Under the pieces are notes generated by a model that did no database searches, had not been told where the DNA came from, and was given only the letters and a program-made list of their open reading frames with translations. A program made the position numbers and the translations under genes. Shown in pieces: positions 46,660 to 58,340 of a stretch of 64,000 nucleotides of DNA. The stretch's first letter is position 1. Every line of letters begins with the position of its first letter. The stretch comes from the human T2T-CHM13v2.0 reference genome, Homo sapiens: assembly GCF_009914755.1 (NCBI RefSeq), contig NC_060925.1. The stretch is one strand, 5' to 3'.

Positions 46660-48641
46660 ATTTTATCTTCTTATAAACCAATCAGTCTCACTCTCATGAA
46701 AATCCATTAATCCATTAACTGAATAATCTATGAATGAATTAACTCAGTCATGAGGGCAGATCCTTCACGGTCCATTCACCTCTTAAAGGCCCTACTTCTC
46801 AATACTGCAAAATTAGAGATTAAATTTCAACATGAATTTTGGAGGAAACAAATATTCAAACAATAGCATTTTGCACCTAGCCACATAAAACTCATGTCCT
46901 TCTCACATACAGTTACACCCATTCCATCTCCATAGTCCCAGAGTCTTAACTTGCATCAGCACCAGTTCAAAAGTCCAAAGTCCAGAGTTTTATCTGTGAG
47001 CCTGCAAAATCAATACAAGTTATCTACTTCCATGATGAGATGGTGGTACAGGAACAAGATATTCTTATTCCAAAAGGGAAAAATAAGTAAAACAGAAGGA
47101 ATAACAGACCTCTAGTAAGTCTAAAACCCAGAGACATTAAATCTTAAAAAAGCAAATAATCTCTTTTAACTCCATGTGCTACCTCTTGGGCACATTGAGA
47201 TAACAGTTGGGTCTTTAAGGCCTCAGGCAGCTCTGTCCCCATGTCTTTGCTGGCTGTAGCCCACATGGCTACTTGTACAGGTTAGGGTTGGATACCTGAA
47301 GCTTTCTCAGGCAAGCATTCCATGCTGCTGGTGACTCCACAGTTCTGGAGTCTCCCTGGTCATATAGCTGCCATGGCTCCACAGGCATTGTCCTGGTAGG
47401 GACTCTACAACAGCCTCAACTCCACATTTTTTCTGCTCAGCACTGCCCTAGAAGGGGCTATTTGTGGTGACTCTGCTCTAGGACAATGGTCCCTAGGCTT
47501 TTGATGACATCTTTTGAAATTTGGGTGGAGGCTGTGAAGCCTCCACAGCTCTTGCTTTCTGCAAGCCTTTAGAATTGGCACCATGTGGATGTTGCTAATA
47601 CAACTTGTACCTTATGGAGTTGCAAGAACCACAGCTGGGGCCACTGGAGCCAGGGCTGGAGTGGACATGGAGTGGTGCACTAGGGTGCAATAAGTGGGGT
47701 GCACTAAGCAGAGTCCAAGGTGGCCCTGGGTAATGAACCCCTAGAGAGCATCCAGGGCCTTCCCCATAAAACCATTTGGCCTCCAAGATCTCTGGGCTTG
47801 TGCTGGGAAGGGCAGCCTTGAAAATCTCTAAAATGCTTTTGGGACTCTTTCTACCACTGTCAAGGAATAGCAGCTGACTCCCTTCTATCTATGCTAATCT
47901 CTTTAGCAAATTGTCTTTGGGCTACACCCAGGACAAAGTATGTTTTACTGAACACACGTTTTCACTCTTTCTATGGTGGAGCTGAGAATTTTCCAAATCT
48001 TTCTGCCCTGCTTCTCTTTTAATTTTAATTTCTGTCTTTAAATTATTCCTTTTCTCCAGAATCTCAGCATAAGTTGCCAAAAGTAACCCTGCAAATTCTT
48101 CCATATTTTGCATAGAAATTTCTTCTGCCAGATATCCTAGTTCATCACTCTCAAGTTTAATCTTTCACAAAGCCCTCAGGCATGGACATAATTCAGCCAA
48201 ATTCTTTGCCAATTTATGACAAGAACGGCTTTTTCTTTTTTCAGTTCCCAATACCTTGTTCATCAGTTCCAACTGAAATTGCAGCAGAATAGCCTTTAAT
48301 CTGCATATGCTTATCAGCATCCTGGTCACAACAACTTAATCAATCTCTAATGAGTTCCACACCTTCCCTAGTCATCTTGTCTTCTAAGCCCTCACAAGAA
48401 TCTAGGCTTTTTATAGTCTGCCCCCCTAACTTCTTCCAGCCTCTCCCCATTACCCAGTTCCAAAGCCACTTCTGCATTTTCTGGTATTTATTATCAGCAA
48501 TATGCCATTTTTTGGTACCAATTTTCTGTCTTAATCCATTTTCTGTTACTTATAAAAAAAATACCTGAAAGTAGCTATCTTACAAAGAGAAAAAGTATAT
48601 TTCTTTCATTTATGGAGGCTGAGAATACCAAGATCAAAGAA

Positions 48642-49298
48642 TGACAGGTTAGATCTCACTAAGGCAGGCCTCCATAACTACTGTTTCAGTACTGACTGAG
48701 TGGTTAAGTTAAATATTAAAAGCTAAAAAAAGCCAGTGCCTTTATTCAAAGACTGGAAGGTAACAAAAGGCCACCAAGAGTTTCTCCCTAGGCCTTTCCT
48801 GGGCCTTAAAGCATGATAAAATAATGGAGGGATTCTTAATAAGACCCATTTAAGATTAAACAAGTTTTATTCGGAGGTCTGAAGAAACTCCCCAGGCCTC
48901 CACAAACAAGTTTATTGGGGGTCTGAAGGAACTCTCCAAACCTCCCTGATTTAGCAGAAGATAAGATAAGGGTAATCACCCGAGCACCTGGACCAATTTA
49001 GATTAAGTAAATTTACTGAGGCTCCAGAAGAAGGTCTTTAGGACTCAGACCTTAATTATAGATTAAAAGAAGTTAATCACTTATGTCTTTAGATGAATGC
49101 ACACTTACATGTAAACATATAGCTTAGAAGGTATATAAACTCTGGAAAACTGTAATTTTGAGTTGGTCTGGCAGTAATTTCCAGGCCTTCTCCCTGTAAC
49201 CAGTTGCAGAAATAAAAACTCTCTTCCTACCCAGTTCATTTGCATCTTGTTATTGGGCACGAGAAATAGCAGCCCAATCCTCAGTTTGGTCAGGAACA
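48642..49298 (+). mobile_element. ERV1 solo LTR (LTR15-like, tentative) inside the MST 5' LTR
   Basis: TG...CA, about 657 bp; TATATAAA at 49132-49139; AATAAA at 49211-49216; the MST sequence resumes after it (aagggcttcatct). No clean TSD found. Confidence 0.75.
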
Positions 49299-49364
49299 AA
49301 AGGGCTTCATCTTTTGAGGGCCTTTGTGCTGGCAGGACTCTCCATGGAGTCCTGAGGCAGTTCA

Positions 49365-49558
49365 GAATGCAAATGCAATAGATTCATTGCCAGATGTGCA
49401 CAGCAAGTCAATATGCCAAGACACCAATTTGCAGCAGGGAAAAAGTATTAATCATGGGGCTGCTGAATGAGCAGATGAGAGAAACTTCAAATTTTGGAGG
49501 GGGCCAAAGTGTAGAGATTATCAGTTGGTCAATGAGTGCAGGGTGAAGTTATGGGCTA
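49365..49558 (-). mobile_element. Second ERV1-type LTR fragment inside the MST 5' LTR
   Basis: tcattgccagatgtgcacagcaagtcaatatgccaagacacc...gagtgcagggtgaagttatggg interrupts the MST LTR. Family not resolved. Confidence 0.55.
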
Positions 49559-50397
49559 TGCATGCTAGCTTGGGTCTTTCTTCCTTTTCTTTAAAACCAC
49601 TAGTTCTACTTCAGTGATAACCCATTAATCATTAACTCAGTAATCCATTAATCTGTAAATGGGTCCCAGTCACCTCTTAAAGGCCCCACTTCTCACTACT
49701 GCCACATTGGAAATTAAATTTCAAAACATGAGTTTTGAAGGGGACAGATACTCAAAGGATAGCATCATTATTTGATATATGGTTTGCAACTATTTTTTTC
49801 CCATTATATAGGTCACCTTTATATTTTGTTGATTATTTTGTTTGCTGTAAAGAGACTTAATTTTGATGTAGTCCCACTCGTTTTGTTTGTTTGCTTGCCT
49901 TTTATGCATGCGCTTTCAATATCATATCCAAAAATCATTGCCAAGACCAAGACCCTTGTAAAGGAGATTCTCCATGATTTATTCTAGGAGTTTTGTAATT
50001 TTAGATCTTACATTTAAATTATTAATGCATTTTAAGTCGAATATTGTATAAGGTGAAAGCTAAAAATCCAACCTCATTTTGTCACCAGTCAATATACAGT
50101 TTTCCCAATTTGATATACAGTTTTCCCAACACCATTTATTCTGTGTATTCTTGGCACCTTTGTCAAAGATTTGATCATGTATATGTGGGTTTACTTCTGG
50201 GCTTTTTACTCTGTTCCATTGGGATGTGTTTTTTTATGCTAATACCAAATTATTTTGACTAGGGCTTTGTAATATTAATTTAGAATCAGGAAATATGATG
50301 GATCCATCTTTGATTTTCCTACTCAAGCTTACTTTAGCTATTCAGGGTGTTTTGTGGTTCCATATGGATTTTATAATTGATTTTTCTATTACTGTAA

Positions 50398-51036
<639 letters not shown>

Positions 51037-53020
51037 ATCCTGCCTTCTTATATTAATAAGAAAAATAAAACAGTGTTGAAGTCTTGGGGTGGTGAAAATT
51101 TTGGGGGGGTGATATGGAGAGAGAATGGACGATGTTTCTCAGGGCTGCTTCAAGCGGGATTAGGGGCGGCGTGGGAACCTAGAGTGGGAGAGATTAAGCT
51201 GAAGGAAGATTTTGTGGTAAGGGGTGATATTGTGGGGTTGTTAGAAGAAACATTTGTCATTTAGAATGATTGGTGATGGCCTGGATACGGTTTTGTATGA
51301 ATTGAAAAACTAAATGGAATAAGAGAAGGAGAAAAACAGGTATAAAAGGTCTAAGAATTGGGAGGACCTAGGACATCTGATTAGAGAGTGCCTAAGGAGA
51401 TTCAGCATAGTCCTGCCAGCCAAGATTATTTATTTACTTCAAGAGTTAAGAGTGGCGGTTTGGGGATAGCACGAGGAGATATCAGCTGTGATGGCTTGGA
51501 GAAACAGTGTAAACTGGCAGTGTAAACAAGAGCAGGGCATGTATGAGTAGTTGAGAACGGAGAATAGGAGTATGACTAGACAGAAGATAGTAGGGATGAC
51601 AAGTTTTTTTTGGGGCACACTCTAAGTTGGTCCGGTGTTTGGAATGAGACTGGGGCCTAATAAAAAGGAGCATCTATACAGGAGCCCAAATGGGCTGTAC
51701 CTTGTAGCATTCTGAGGACGGGTCTGACTTCTGAGAAGGGAAAGTGGTAAAAGTATTGTCCAGTTCTTTTTAAGTTGGTGGCTGAGCTTGGTGAGGTGTG
51801 TTTTTGAAAGACCTTTAGTCCGTTCTACTTTTCTTGAAGACAGACGACTATAAGGGATATAAAGGTTTCACTGAATACTAAGAGCCTGAAAAACTGCTTG
51901 GCTGATTTGACTAATAAAGGTTGGTCTGTTATCAGACTGTATAGAGGTGGGAAGGCTAAACTGAGGGATTATGTCTGACAGAAGGGAAGAAATGACTGCA
52001 GTGGCCTTCTCAGACCCTGTAGGAAAGGCCTCTACCTATCTAGTGAAAGTGTCTACTTAGACTAAGAGGTATTTTAGTTTTTGTGACTCAGGGCATGTTG
52101 AGTAAAGCTAATTTGCCAGTTCCGGGGGCGGGGGCAGGGGGCAAATCCTCAAGTTTGATGTGTAGGGAAGGGAGGGGTCCTGAATAATCCTTGAGGAGTA
52201 GTAGAATAGCAGATAGAATAGCAGATGGAACACTGAGAAATTATTTCCTTGAGGATAGATTTCTACAATGGAAAGGAAATGAGAGGTTCTAAGAGGCGGG
52301 CTAGTGGCTTGTACTATAGCATAGCCTGCCTTTGCTGGTGTGTGGCGATTAGGCCTGGTGGAACTGCCATCAATAAATCAAGCGTGATCAGGGTGAGGAA
52401 CAGGAAAGAAGGAAATATGGGGAAATGTGGTGAATGTCAGGTGGATCAGAGACATACAGTCATGGGGGTCAGGTGTGGTATCAGGAATAATGTGGGAGGC
52501 CAGATTGAAGTCTGGGCCAGGAACAATGGTAATTGTGGGACTTAACAAAGAGTGAGTACAGCTGAAGGAGCCAGGGAGCAGAAAGTATATGCATCAGGTA
52601 TGAGGAAGAAAATAGATTTTGGAAGTTATGAGAAATGTAGAGAGTAAGTTGAGCATAGTTTGTGATTTTTAGGGCCTCTAAAAGTATTAGGGTGGCAGCA
52701 GCCGCTGCACGGAGACATGAGGGCTAGGCTAAAACAGTAAGGTCAAGTTGTTTGGACAGAAAGGCTACAGGGTGCGGTCCTGGCTCTTGTGTAAGAATTC
52801 TGACCACACTAACCATGCCTAGGAAGGAAAGGAGTTGTTGTTTTGTAAGGGATTGAGGTTGGGGAGATTAATTGGACACGATCAGCAGGGAGAGCACCTG
52901 TGTTTTTATGAGAATTATGCTGAGATAGGTAACAGATGAGGGTGAAATTTGGGCTTGACTGAAGTAATGGGGGCTGTCTGTGAAGCCTTGCGGCAGTACA
53001 GCCCAGGTAATTTGCTGAGC

Positions 53021-53434
53021 CTAATGGGTGTTAGGGTCAGTCCAGCTGAAAGCGAAGAGAGGCTGGGATGATGGGTGCAAAGGAATAGTAAAGAAAGCAT
53101 GTTTGAGATCCAGAACAGAATAATGGATTGTGGAGGGAGGTATTGAGGATAGGAGAGTATATGGGTTTGGCACCATAGGGTGGATAGGCAAAACAATTTG
53201 GTTGATAAGGCATAGATCCCGAACTAACTTGGAAGGCTTGTCTGGTTTTAGGACAGGTATAATGGGGGAATTGTAAGGAGAGTTTATAGGCTTTAAAAGG
53301 CCATGCTGTAGCACGCAAGTGATAACAGGCTTTAATCCTTTCAAAGCATGGTGTGGGATGAGATATTGGCATTGAGCGGGGTAAGGGTGATTAGGTTTTA
53401 ATGAGATAGTAAGGGGTGCATGATCAGTTACCAA
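53021..53434 (-). pseudogene. pol: HERV-H pol RT N-terminal remnant
   Basis: SPYNSPIIPVLKP...VPNPYTLLSSIP...YSVLDLKHAFFTIPLHPSSQPLFAFSWTDP followed by a stop. Confidence 0.92.
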
Positions 53435-53452
53435 GGAGGGAGTAGAGGTATC

Positions 53453-53807
53453 TTATTCCTGTGGGTTAAGGTGGGGGAATACAAGAGGAGGACGCAAAGG
53501 AGGCTTTGGATTGGGAAGAAGGGCAGCAATGAGATGTAGCTGTAATCCAGGACTAGTCAGGGAAGCAGATAATTTAGTTAAAGTGTCTCGGCCTAATAAG
53601 GGAACTGAGCAGGTGGGGATAACTAAAAGAGTGCTTAGAAGAGTATTGTCTAAGTTGGCACCAGAGTTGGGGAGTTTTAAGAGGTTTAGAAGCCTGGCCG
53701 TCAATACCTACAACAGTTACGGAGGCAAGGGAAACAGGCCCTTGAAAAGAAGGTAATGTGGAGTGGGTAGGCTCCGTATTGATTAAGGGGACGGACTTAC
53801 CTTCCAC
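53453..53807 (-). pseudogene. pro: HERV-H protease remnant, frameshifted
   Basis: VPLINTEPTHSTLP (degenerate DTGA) ...VVGIDGQ and VIPTCSVPLLGRD lie in different frames. Confidence 0.8.
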
Positions 53808-53903
53808 TGTGAGAGTTACTCGAAGCTCAGCGTCTGTGATGATCTACGGGGCTTTCGAGGTGATCGGGCAGCGTCAGTCTTCAGCTGCTAAGCCGAGAAG
53901 GAG

Positions 53904-54188
53904 TCAGAGAGCCTTGGGCCAGAATTCCAGGGGCTCTGGGAGTGCCTGCCAGGTGAGTTGAACAGTCCGATTTCCAGTGGGGTCCCGCACAGATGGACAC
54001 GGCTTAGGAGGAATCCTGGGCTGCAGGCATTCCTTGGCCTGGTGGTCAGATTTCTGGCACTTGTAGCAAGCTCCTGTGGGAGGAGGTTCTGGAGGAACTC
54101 CTGGCTGCTGTGGTTCAGGCGTTTGGAAGTTCTTGTGTGCTGGAGATGTGGCTGGGGTTTGTCTCACAGTGGAGGCAAGGAATTGCAA
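53904..54188 (-). pseudogene. gag: HERV-H gag remnant (nucleocapsid CCHC knuckle)
   Basis: GACYKCQKSDHQAKEC is a CX2CX4HX4C zinc knuckle. Confidence 0.88.
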
Positions 54189-55084
54189 CTTTTTTTTTAT
54201 TATTGTACGCCTTGAAGGTGAGATTAATGAAGTCCTGTTGTGGGGTTTGAGGGCCAGATTCCAGTTTTTGGAGTTTTATTTAATGTCGGGAGCAGATTAG
54301 GTAATAAAATGTATATTGAGAATATGATGGCCTTTTGACCTTTTAGGGTCTAGGGCTGTAAAGCGTCTCAGGGTTGCTGTGGAACGAGCCATAAACTGGG
54401 CTGGGTTTTTATATTTGATGAAAAGGAGCCTAAACACTTCTGATTTGGGATAAAGAAAAAGGAGCATTAACCTTGACTATGCCTTTGGCTCCAGCAACCT
54501 TTTTAAGAGTAAATTGCTGGGCAGGTGGTGGAGGGCTAGTCACGGAACGAAACTGTAAGCCAGACCAGGTGTGAGGAGGGGAGGCGATAAAAAGATTATA
54601 GGGTGGAGGGGCGGAGGCGAGGAAGAATCGGGACCTAGCTTGGCCTGGTGAGGAAGGGAGAGGTCAGATGGGTCTGTAGAAAAGGAAGATTAGAAAGACT
54701 CAGTGATGCTTGGGGTTGGGACTGAGGGGACAGGCGGGAGGGGAAAGAAGGAAGATTTGGGATGAGTTGCACTGGGCACAGAGACTAGGAAGGGACCGAT
54801 GTGTAAAAGAATGCCTGGACGTCAGGCACCTCAGACCATTTGCCCATTTTACGGCAAGAATTATTTAGATCTTGTAGGATGCAAAAATTGAAAGTGCCGT
54901 TTTTCTGGCTATTTGGAACTACTGTCGAGTTTGTATTGGGGTCAAGTGGCATTGCAGAAGAAAATAAGATACTTAGATTTTAGGTCAGGTGAGAGCTGAA
55001 GAGGTTTTAAGTTCTTAAGAACACAAGCTAAGGGAGAAGGAGGAATGGAAGGTGGAAGCTTGCCCATAGTGAAGTAGGCAAGCC

Positions 55085-55450
55085 CAGAGAAAAGAGTAGA
55101 GACATGGAGAAGGGGTGGGGGTTTCTTGCCCTCCAGAAAAGCAGAGAAGGGGTCGGGGTGCAGAGATATGAGGTTGGGGCATGGAAATAAGGGATCAGGG
55201 TGCAGAGATACAAGGTTGGGGTACGTGCCCCCCCCTCCAGAAAAGCAGAGAAGGGGTAGAGACACGGAGAGAAGGGGTTGGGGTACTTGCACCTCCCCTA
55301 GAAAAGCGGGACTTGCCACTGAGGGGAAGGAGAAGGGGTTGAGGGGTTCTTGCCCTTGCCCCAGAAAATCAGAGAAGGGGTAGAGACACGGAGAGAAGGG
55401 GTTGGGGTACTTGCCCCTCCCCTAGAAAAGCGGGACTTGCCGCTAAGGGT
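55085..55450. repeat. Purine-rich tandem repeats in the HERV-H leader
   Basis: agagaaggggtagagacacggagagaaggggttggggtacttgc...cctagaaaagcgggacttgcc occurs twice (about 55247 and 55371), with partial copies upstream. Confidence 0.85.
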
Positions 55451-55738
55451 GAAGGACCAAGGCAGGCGTCCCTGCATGGTCTGACACCTTTGAAACGTGG
55501 GTGAATAATCAGAGGCGTCCCTGCAATGATTAAACACCAAGGGAAGGCTGCCTTCCCAGTCCGTGACCGGCGCCGGAGTTTTGGGTCCACGGATAAAATG
55601 TGTCTCCTTTGTTTCTACCAGAAAATGAAAGGAATTGAAATTAAGAGAAGGGAGAGATTGAAGTGTGGCGCCAAGATTGAAAGGAGAAAGAGGTTGAGGG
55701 ATAGTGAGGGAAGTTGGAGAAGAGAGTAAAAAGAGGCC

Positions 55739-55747
55739 ACTTACCGG
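55739..55747 (-). promoter_or_regulatory. HERV-H leader splice donor
   Basis: Minus strand reads aaatCCG|GTAAGTgg, a consensus 5' splice site about 130 nt downstream of the PBS, where the HERV-H major donor is expected. Confidence 0.8.
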
Positions 55748-55871
55748 ATTTGAAATTGGTGAGATGTTTCTTGGGCTGGTCGGTCTGAGGACCTGAGGTC
55801 ATAGGTGGATCTTTCTCACGGAGCAGAGAGCAGGAGGACGGGGGGATTGATCTCCCAAGGGAGGTCCCCCC

Positions 55872-55889
55872 ATCCGAGTCACGGCACCA
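55872..55889 (-). promoter_or_regulatory. Primer binding site for tRNA-His
   Basis: Minus strand reads TGGTGCCGTGACTCGGAT, complementary to the tRNA-His 3' end. Confidence 0.95.
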
Positions 55890-55891
55890 AA

Positions 55892-56323
55892 TTTCATGCG
55901 CGTCTGTGTGAAGAGACCACCAAACAGGGTTTGTGTGAGCAACATGGCTGTTTATTTCACCTGGTTGCAGGAGAGCTGAGTCCGAAAAGAGAGTCAGTGA
56001 AGGGAGATAGGGGTGGGCCATTTTATAGAATTTGGGAAGGTAATGGAAAATTACAGTCAAAGGGGGTTGTTCTCTGGTGGGCAGGGGCGGGGTCACAAGG
56101 TGCTCAGTGGGGGAGCTTCTGTACCAGGAGAAGGAAATTCACAGGGTTAATCACTCAGTTAAGGTGGGGCAGGAACAAATCACAATGGTGGTATGTCATC
56201 AGTTAAGGCAGGGCAGGGCCTTTTCACTTCTTTTGTGATTCTTCAGTTACTTCAGGCCATCTGGGCATATATGTGCAAGTCACAGGAGATGCGATGGCTT
56301 GGCTTGGGCTCAGAGGCCTGACA
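55892..56323 (-). promoter_or_regulatory. HERV-H 5' LTR (LTR7) promoter
   Basis: 432 bp; minus-strand TATAAAA at 56021-56027; GGGGCGGGG at 56084-56092; adjacent to the PBS. Confidence 0.93.
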
Positions 56324-56601
56324 ACGGGGTTTCACTGTGTTAGCCAGGATGGTCTCGATCTTCTGACCTCGTGATCCACCTGCCTCGGCCTCCCAAAGTG
56401 CTGGGATTACAGGCATGAGCCACCGTGGCCAGCCTCATTGGAATTTTAATAGGGATTGCATTGAATCTGTAGATCTCTTTGGGTAGTATGTGCATTTTGC
56501 CAATATGAGTCTCCTGATTCATAAACATGGTATATCTTTCAATTTATTTGTGTCTTTTTCAATTGATTTTATCAATGTTTTATATTTTTTTAGTGTACAA
56601 T

Positions 56602-57555
56602 TGTGGGGAAAAGAAAGAGAGATCAGACTGTTACTGTGTCTATGTAGAAAGAAATAGACATAAGGGACTCCATTTTGTTCCGTCCTAAGAAAAATTCTTC
56701 TGCCTTGAGATGCTGTTAATCTGTAACCCTACCCCCAACCCTGTGCTCCCTGAAACATGTGCTGTGTCAACTCAAGGGTAAATGGATTAAGGGCTGTGCA
56801 GGATGTGCTTTGTGAAACAAATGCTTGAAAGTAGCATGCTTGTTAAGAGTCATTACCACTCCCTAATCTCAAGTACCCAGAGACACAATACACTGTGGAA
56901 GGCCACAGGGACCTCTGCCTAGGAAAGCCAGGTATTGTCCAAGGTTTCTCCCCATGTGGTAGTCTGAAATATGGCCTCGTGGGAAGGAAAAGACCTGACC
57001 ATCCCCCAGCCTGACACCCCTAAAGGGTCTGTGCTGTGGAGGATTAGTAAAAGAGGAAGGCCTCTTTGCAGTTGAGATAAGAGGAAGGCATCTGTCTCTG
57101 CTAGTCCCTGGGCAATGGAATGTCTTGATTGTATATTCCATCTACTGAGATAGGAGAAAGCTGCCTTAGGGCTGGAGGTGGGACATGCTGGCAGCAATAC
57201 TGCTCTTTAAGGCATTGAGATGTTTATGTATATGCACATCAAAAGCACAGCACTTTTTTGTTTACCTTGTTTAGGATATAGAAACATTTGTTCACATGTT
57301 TTCCTACTGACCCTCTCTCCACTATTACCCTATTGTCCTGCCACATCCCACTCTGTGACAAACGCCCAATAATGATCAATAAAAACTAAGGGAACTCAGA
57401 GACTGGTGCCAGTGCCGGTCCTCCGTATACTGAGCGCTGGTCCCCTTGGCCCACTTTTCGTTCTCTATACTTTGTCTCTGTGTCTCTTTTCTCAAGTCTC
57501 TTGTTCCACCGGACGAGAAACGCCCACAGGTGTGGAGGGGCAGGCCACCCCTTCA
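56602..57555 (+). mobile_element. HERV-K(HML-2) solo LTR, LTR5A/B type
   Basis: tgtggggaaaagaaagagagatcagactgttactgtgtctatgtag...ggccaccccttca; 954 bp; 6-bp TSD tacaat/tacagt; AATAAA at 57378-57383; ends differ from recalled LTR5_Hs. Confidence 0.93.
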
Positions 57556-58012
57556 TACAGTCTTTCCCCTTGGTTGAATTTGTTCTTATGTATTTTACTC
57601 TTTTTGATGTGATTGTAAATGGATTGTTTTCTTAATCTGGAGTGGGGGGGATAGTTCTTTGTAGGTGTATAGAAATGCAACTGATTTTTGTATATTAATT
57701 TGTATCTTGTATCTTTACAGAATTTGCTTTTTATTTCTAACAGTTTTTTGACATCTAGGTTTTTCTATATATAAGATCATGTCATCTGCCATAGGGCAAT
57801 TTTACTTCTTACTTCTTTATTTGAATGTTATTTATTTATTTATTGTCTAATTGCTCTGGCTAGGTCTTCAAATACTGTGTTGAATGTAAGTGGGGAGAAT
57901 GGATATTCTTGTCTTAATCCTGATCTTAGAGAAAAAGGTTTTAGCTTTTCATCATTGAGTATGATATTAGCTGTGGGCTTGTGATATATGGCCTTTTTTG
58001 TGTTGAGGAACA

Positions 58013-58017
58013 TTTGT

Positions 58018-58056
<39 letters not shown>

Positions 58057-58340
58057 TTTTGAGACAGAGTCTTTCTCTTTCTCCCAGGCTGGAGGGCAAT
58101 GGCGTGGTTTTGCTCACTGCAACCTCCGCCTTCCAGGTTCAAGGATTCTTCTGCATCAGCCTTGCAATTAGCTAGGAATACAGGTAAGTGCCACGATGCC
58201 CAGCTAATTTTTGTATTTTCAGTAGAGACAGAGTTTCACCATGTTGGTCAGCCTGGTCTTGAACTCTGGACCTCAAATGATCTACCTACTTCGGCTTCCC
58301 AAAGTGTTGGGATTACAGGTGTTAACCAATGCATCCAGCC
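58013..58340 (-). mobile_element. AluS with (TTTA)n tail
   Basis: (ttta)n followed by tgagacagagtct...gcatccagcc; ttgagg on both flanks. Confidence 0.92.

Larger units (their letters stand above)
46112..49764 (-). mobile_element. Complete MaLR provirus (MSTC-like LTRs plus internal region)
   Basis: LTRs at 46112-46868 and 48527-49764 (both interrupted); internal region 46869-48526 starting gaaaattggtacca on the minus strand; 5-bp TSD tcctt/tcatt; ORF 47922..48113 resembles the MaLR internal ORF. Confidence 0.88.

Noticed and set aside
48858-48940. Duplicated aaacaagtttatt...ggtctgaag.aactc block
   Set aside because: As I recall, it belongs to the LTR's own U3 consensus and is not locus-specific.
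50092-50129. 17-bp near-tandem duplication atatacagttttcccaa (similar small ones near 30708 and 52202)
   Set aside because: Ordinary slippage duplications inside dead elements.
51037-53020. Possible intact HERV-H env or integrase
   Set aside because: There is no long minus-strand ORF, and the total length of 5.7 kb matches the common pol/env-deleted form.
55085-55450. Spaced repeats that might suggest a CRISPR-like array
   Set aside because: They are internal HERV-H leader repeats in eukaryotic DNA, with no unique spacers or cas genes.
55872-55889. tRNA-His-like sequence
   Set aside because: Only 18 nt long; it is the retroviral primer binding site, not a tRNA gene.
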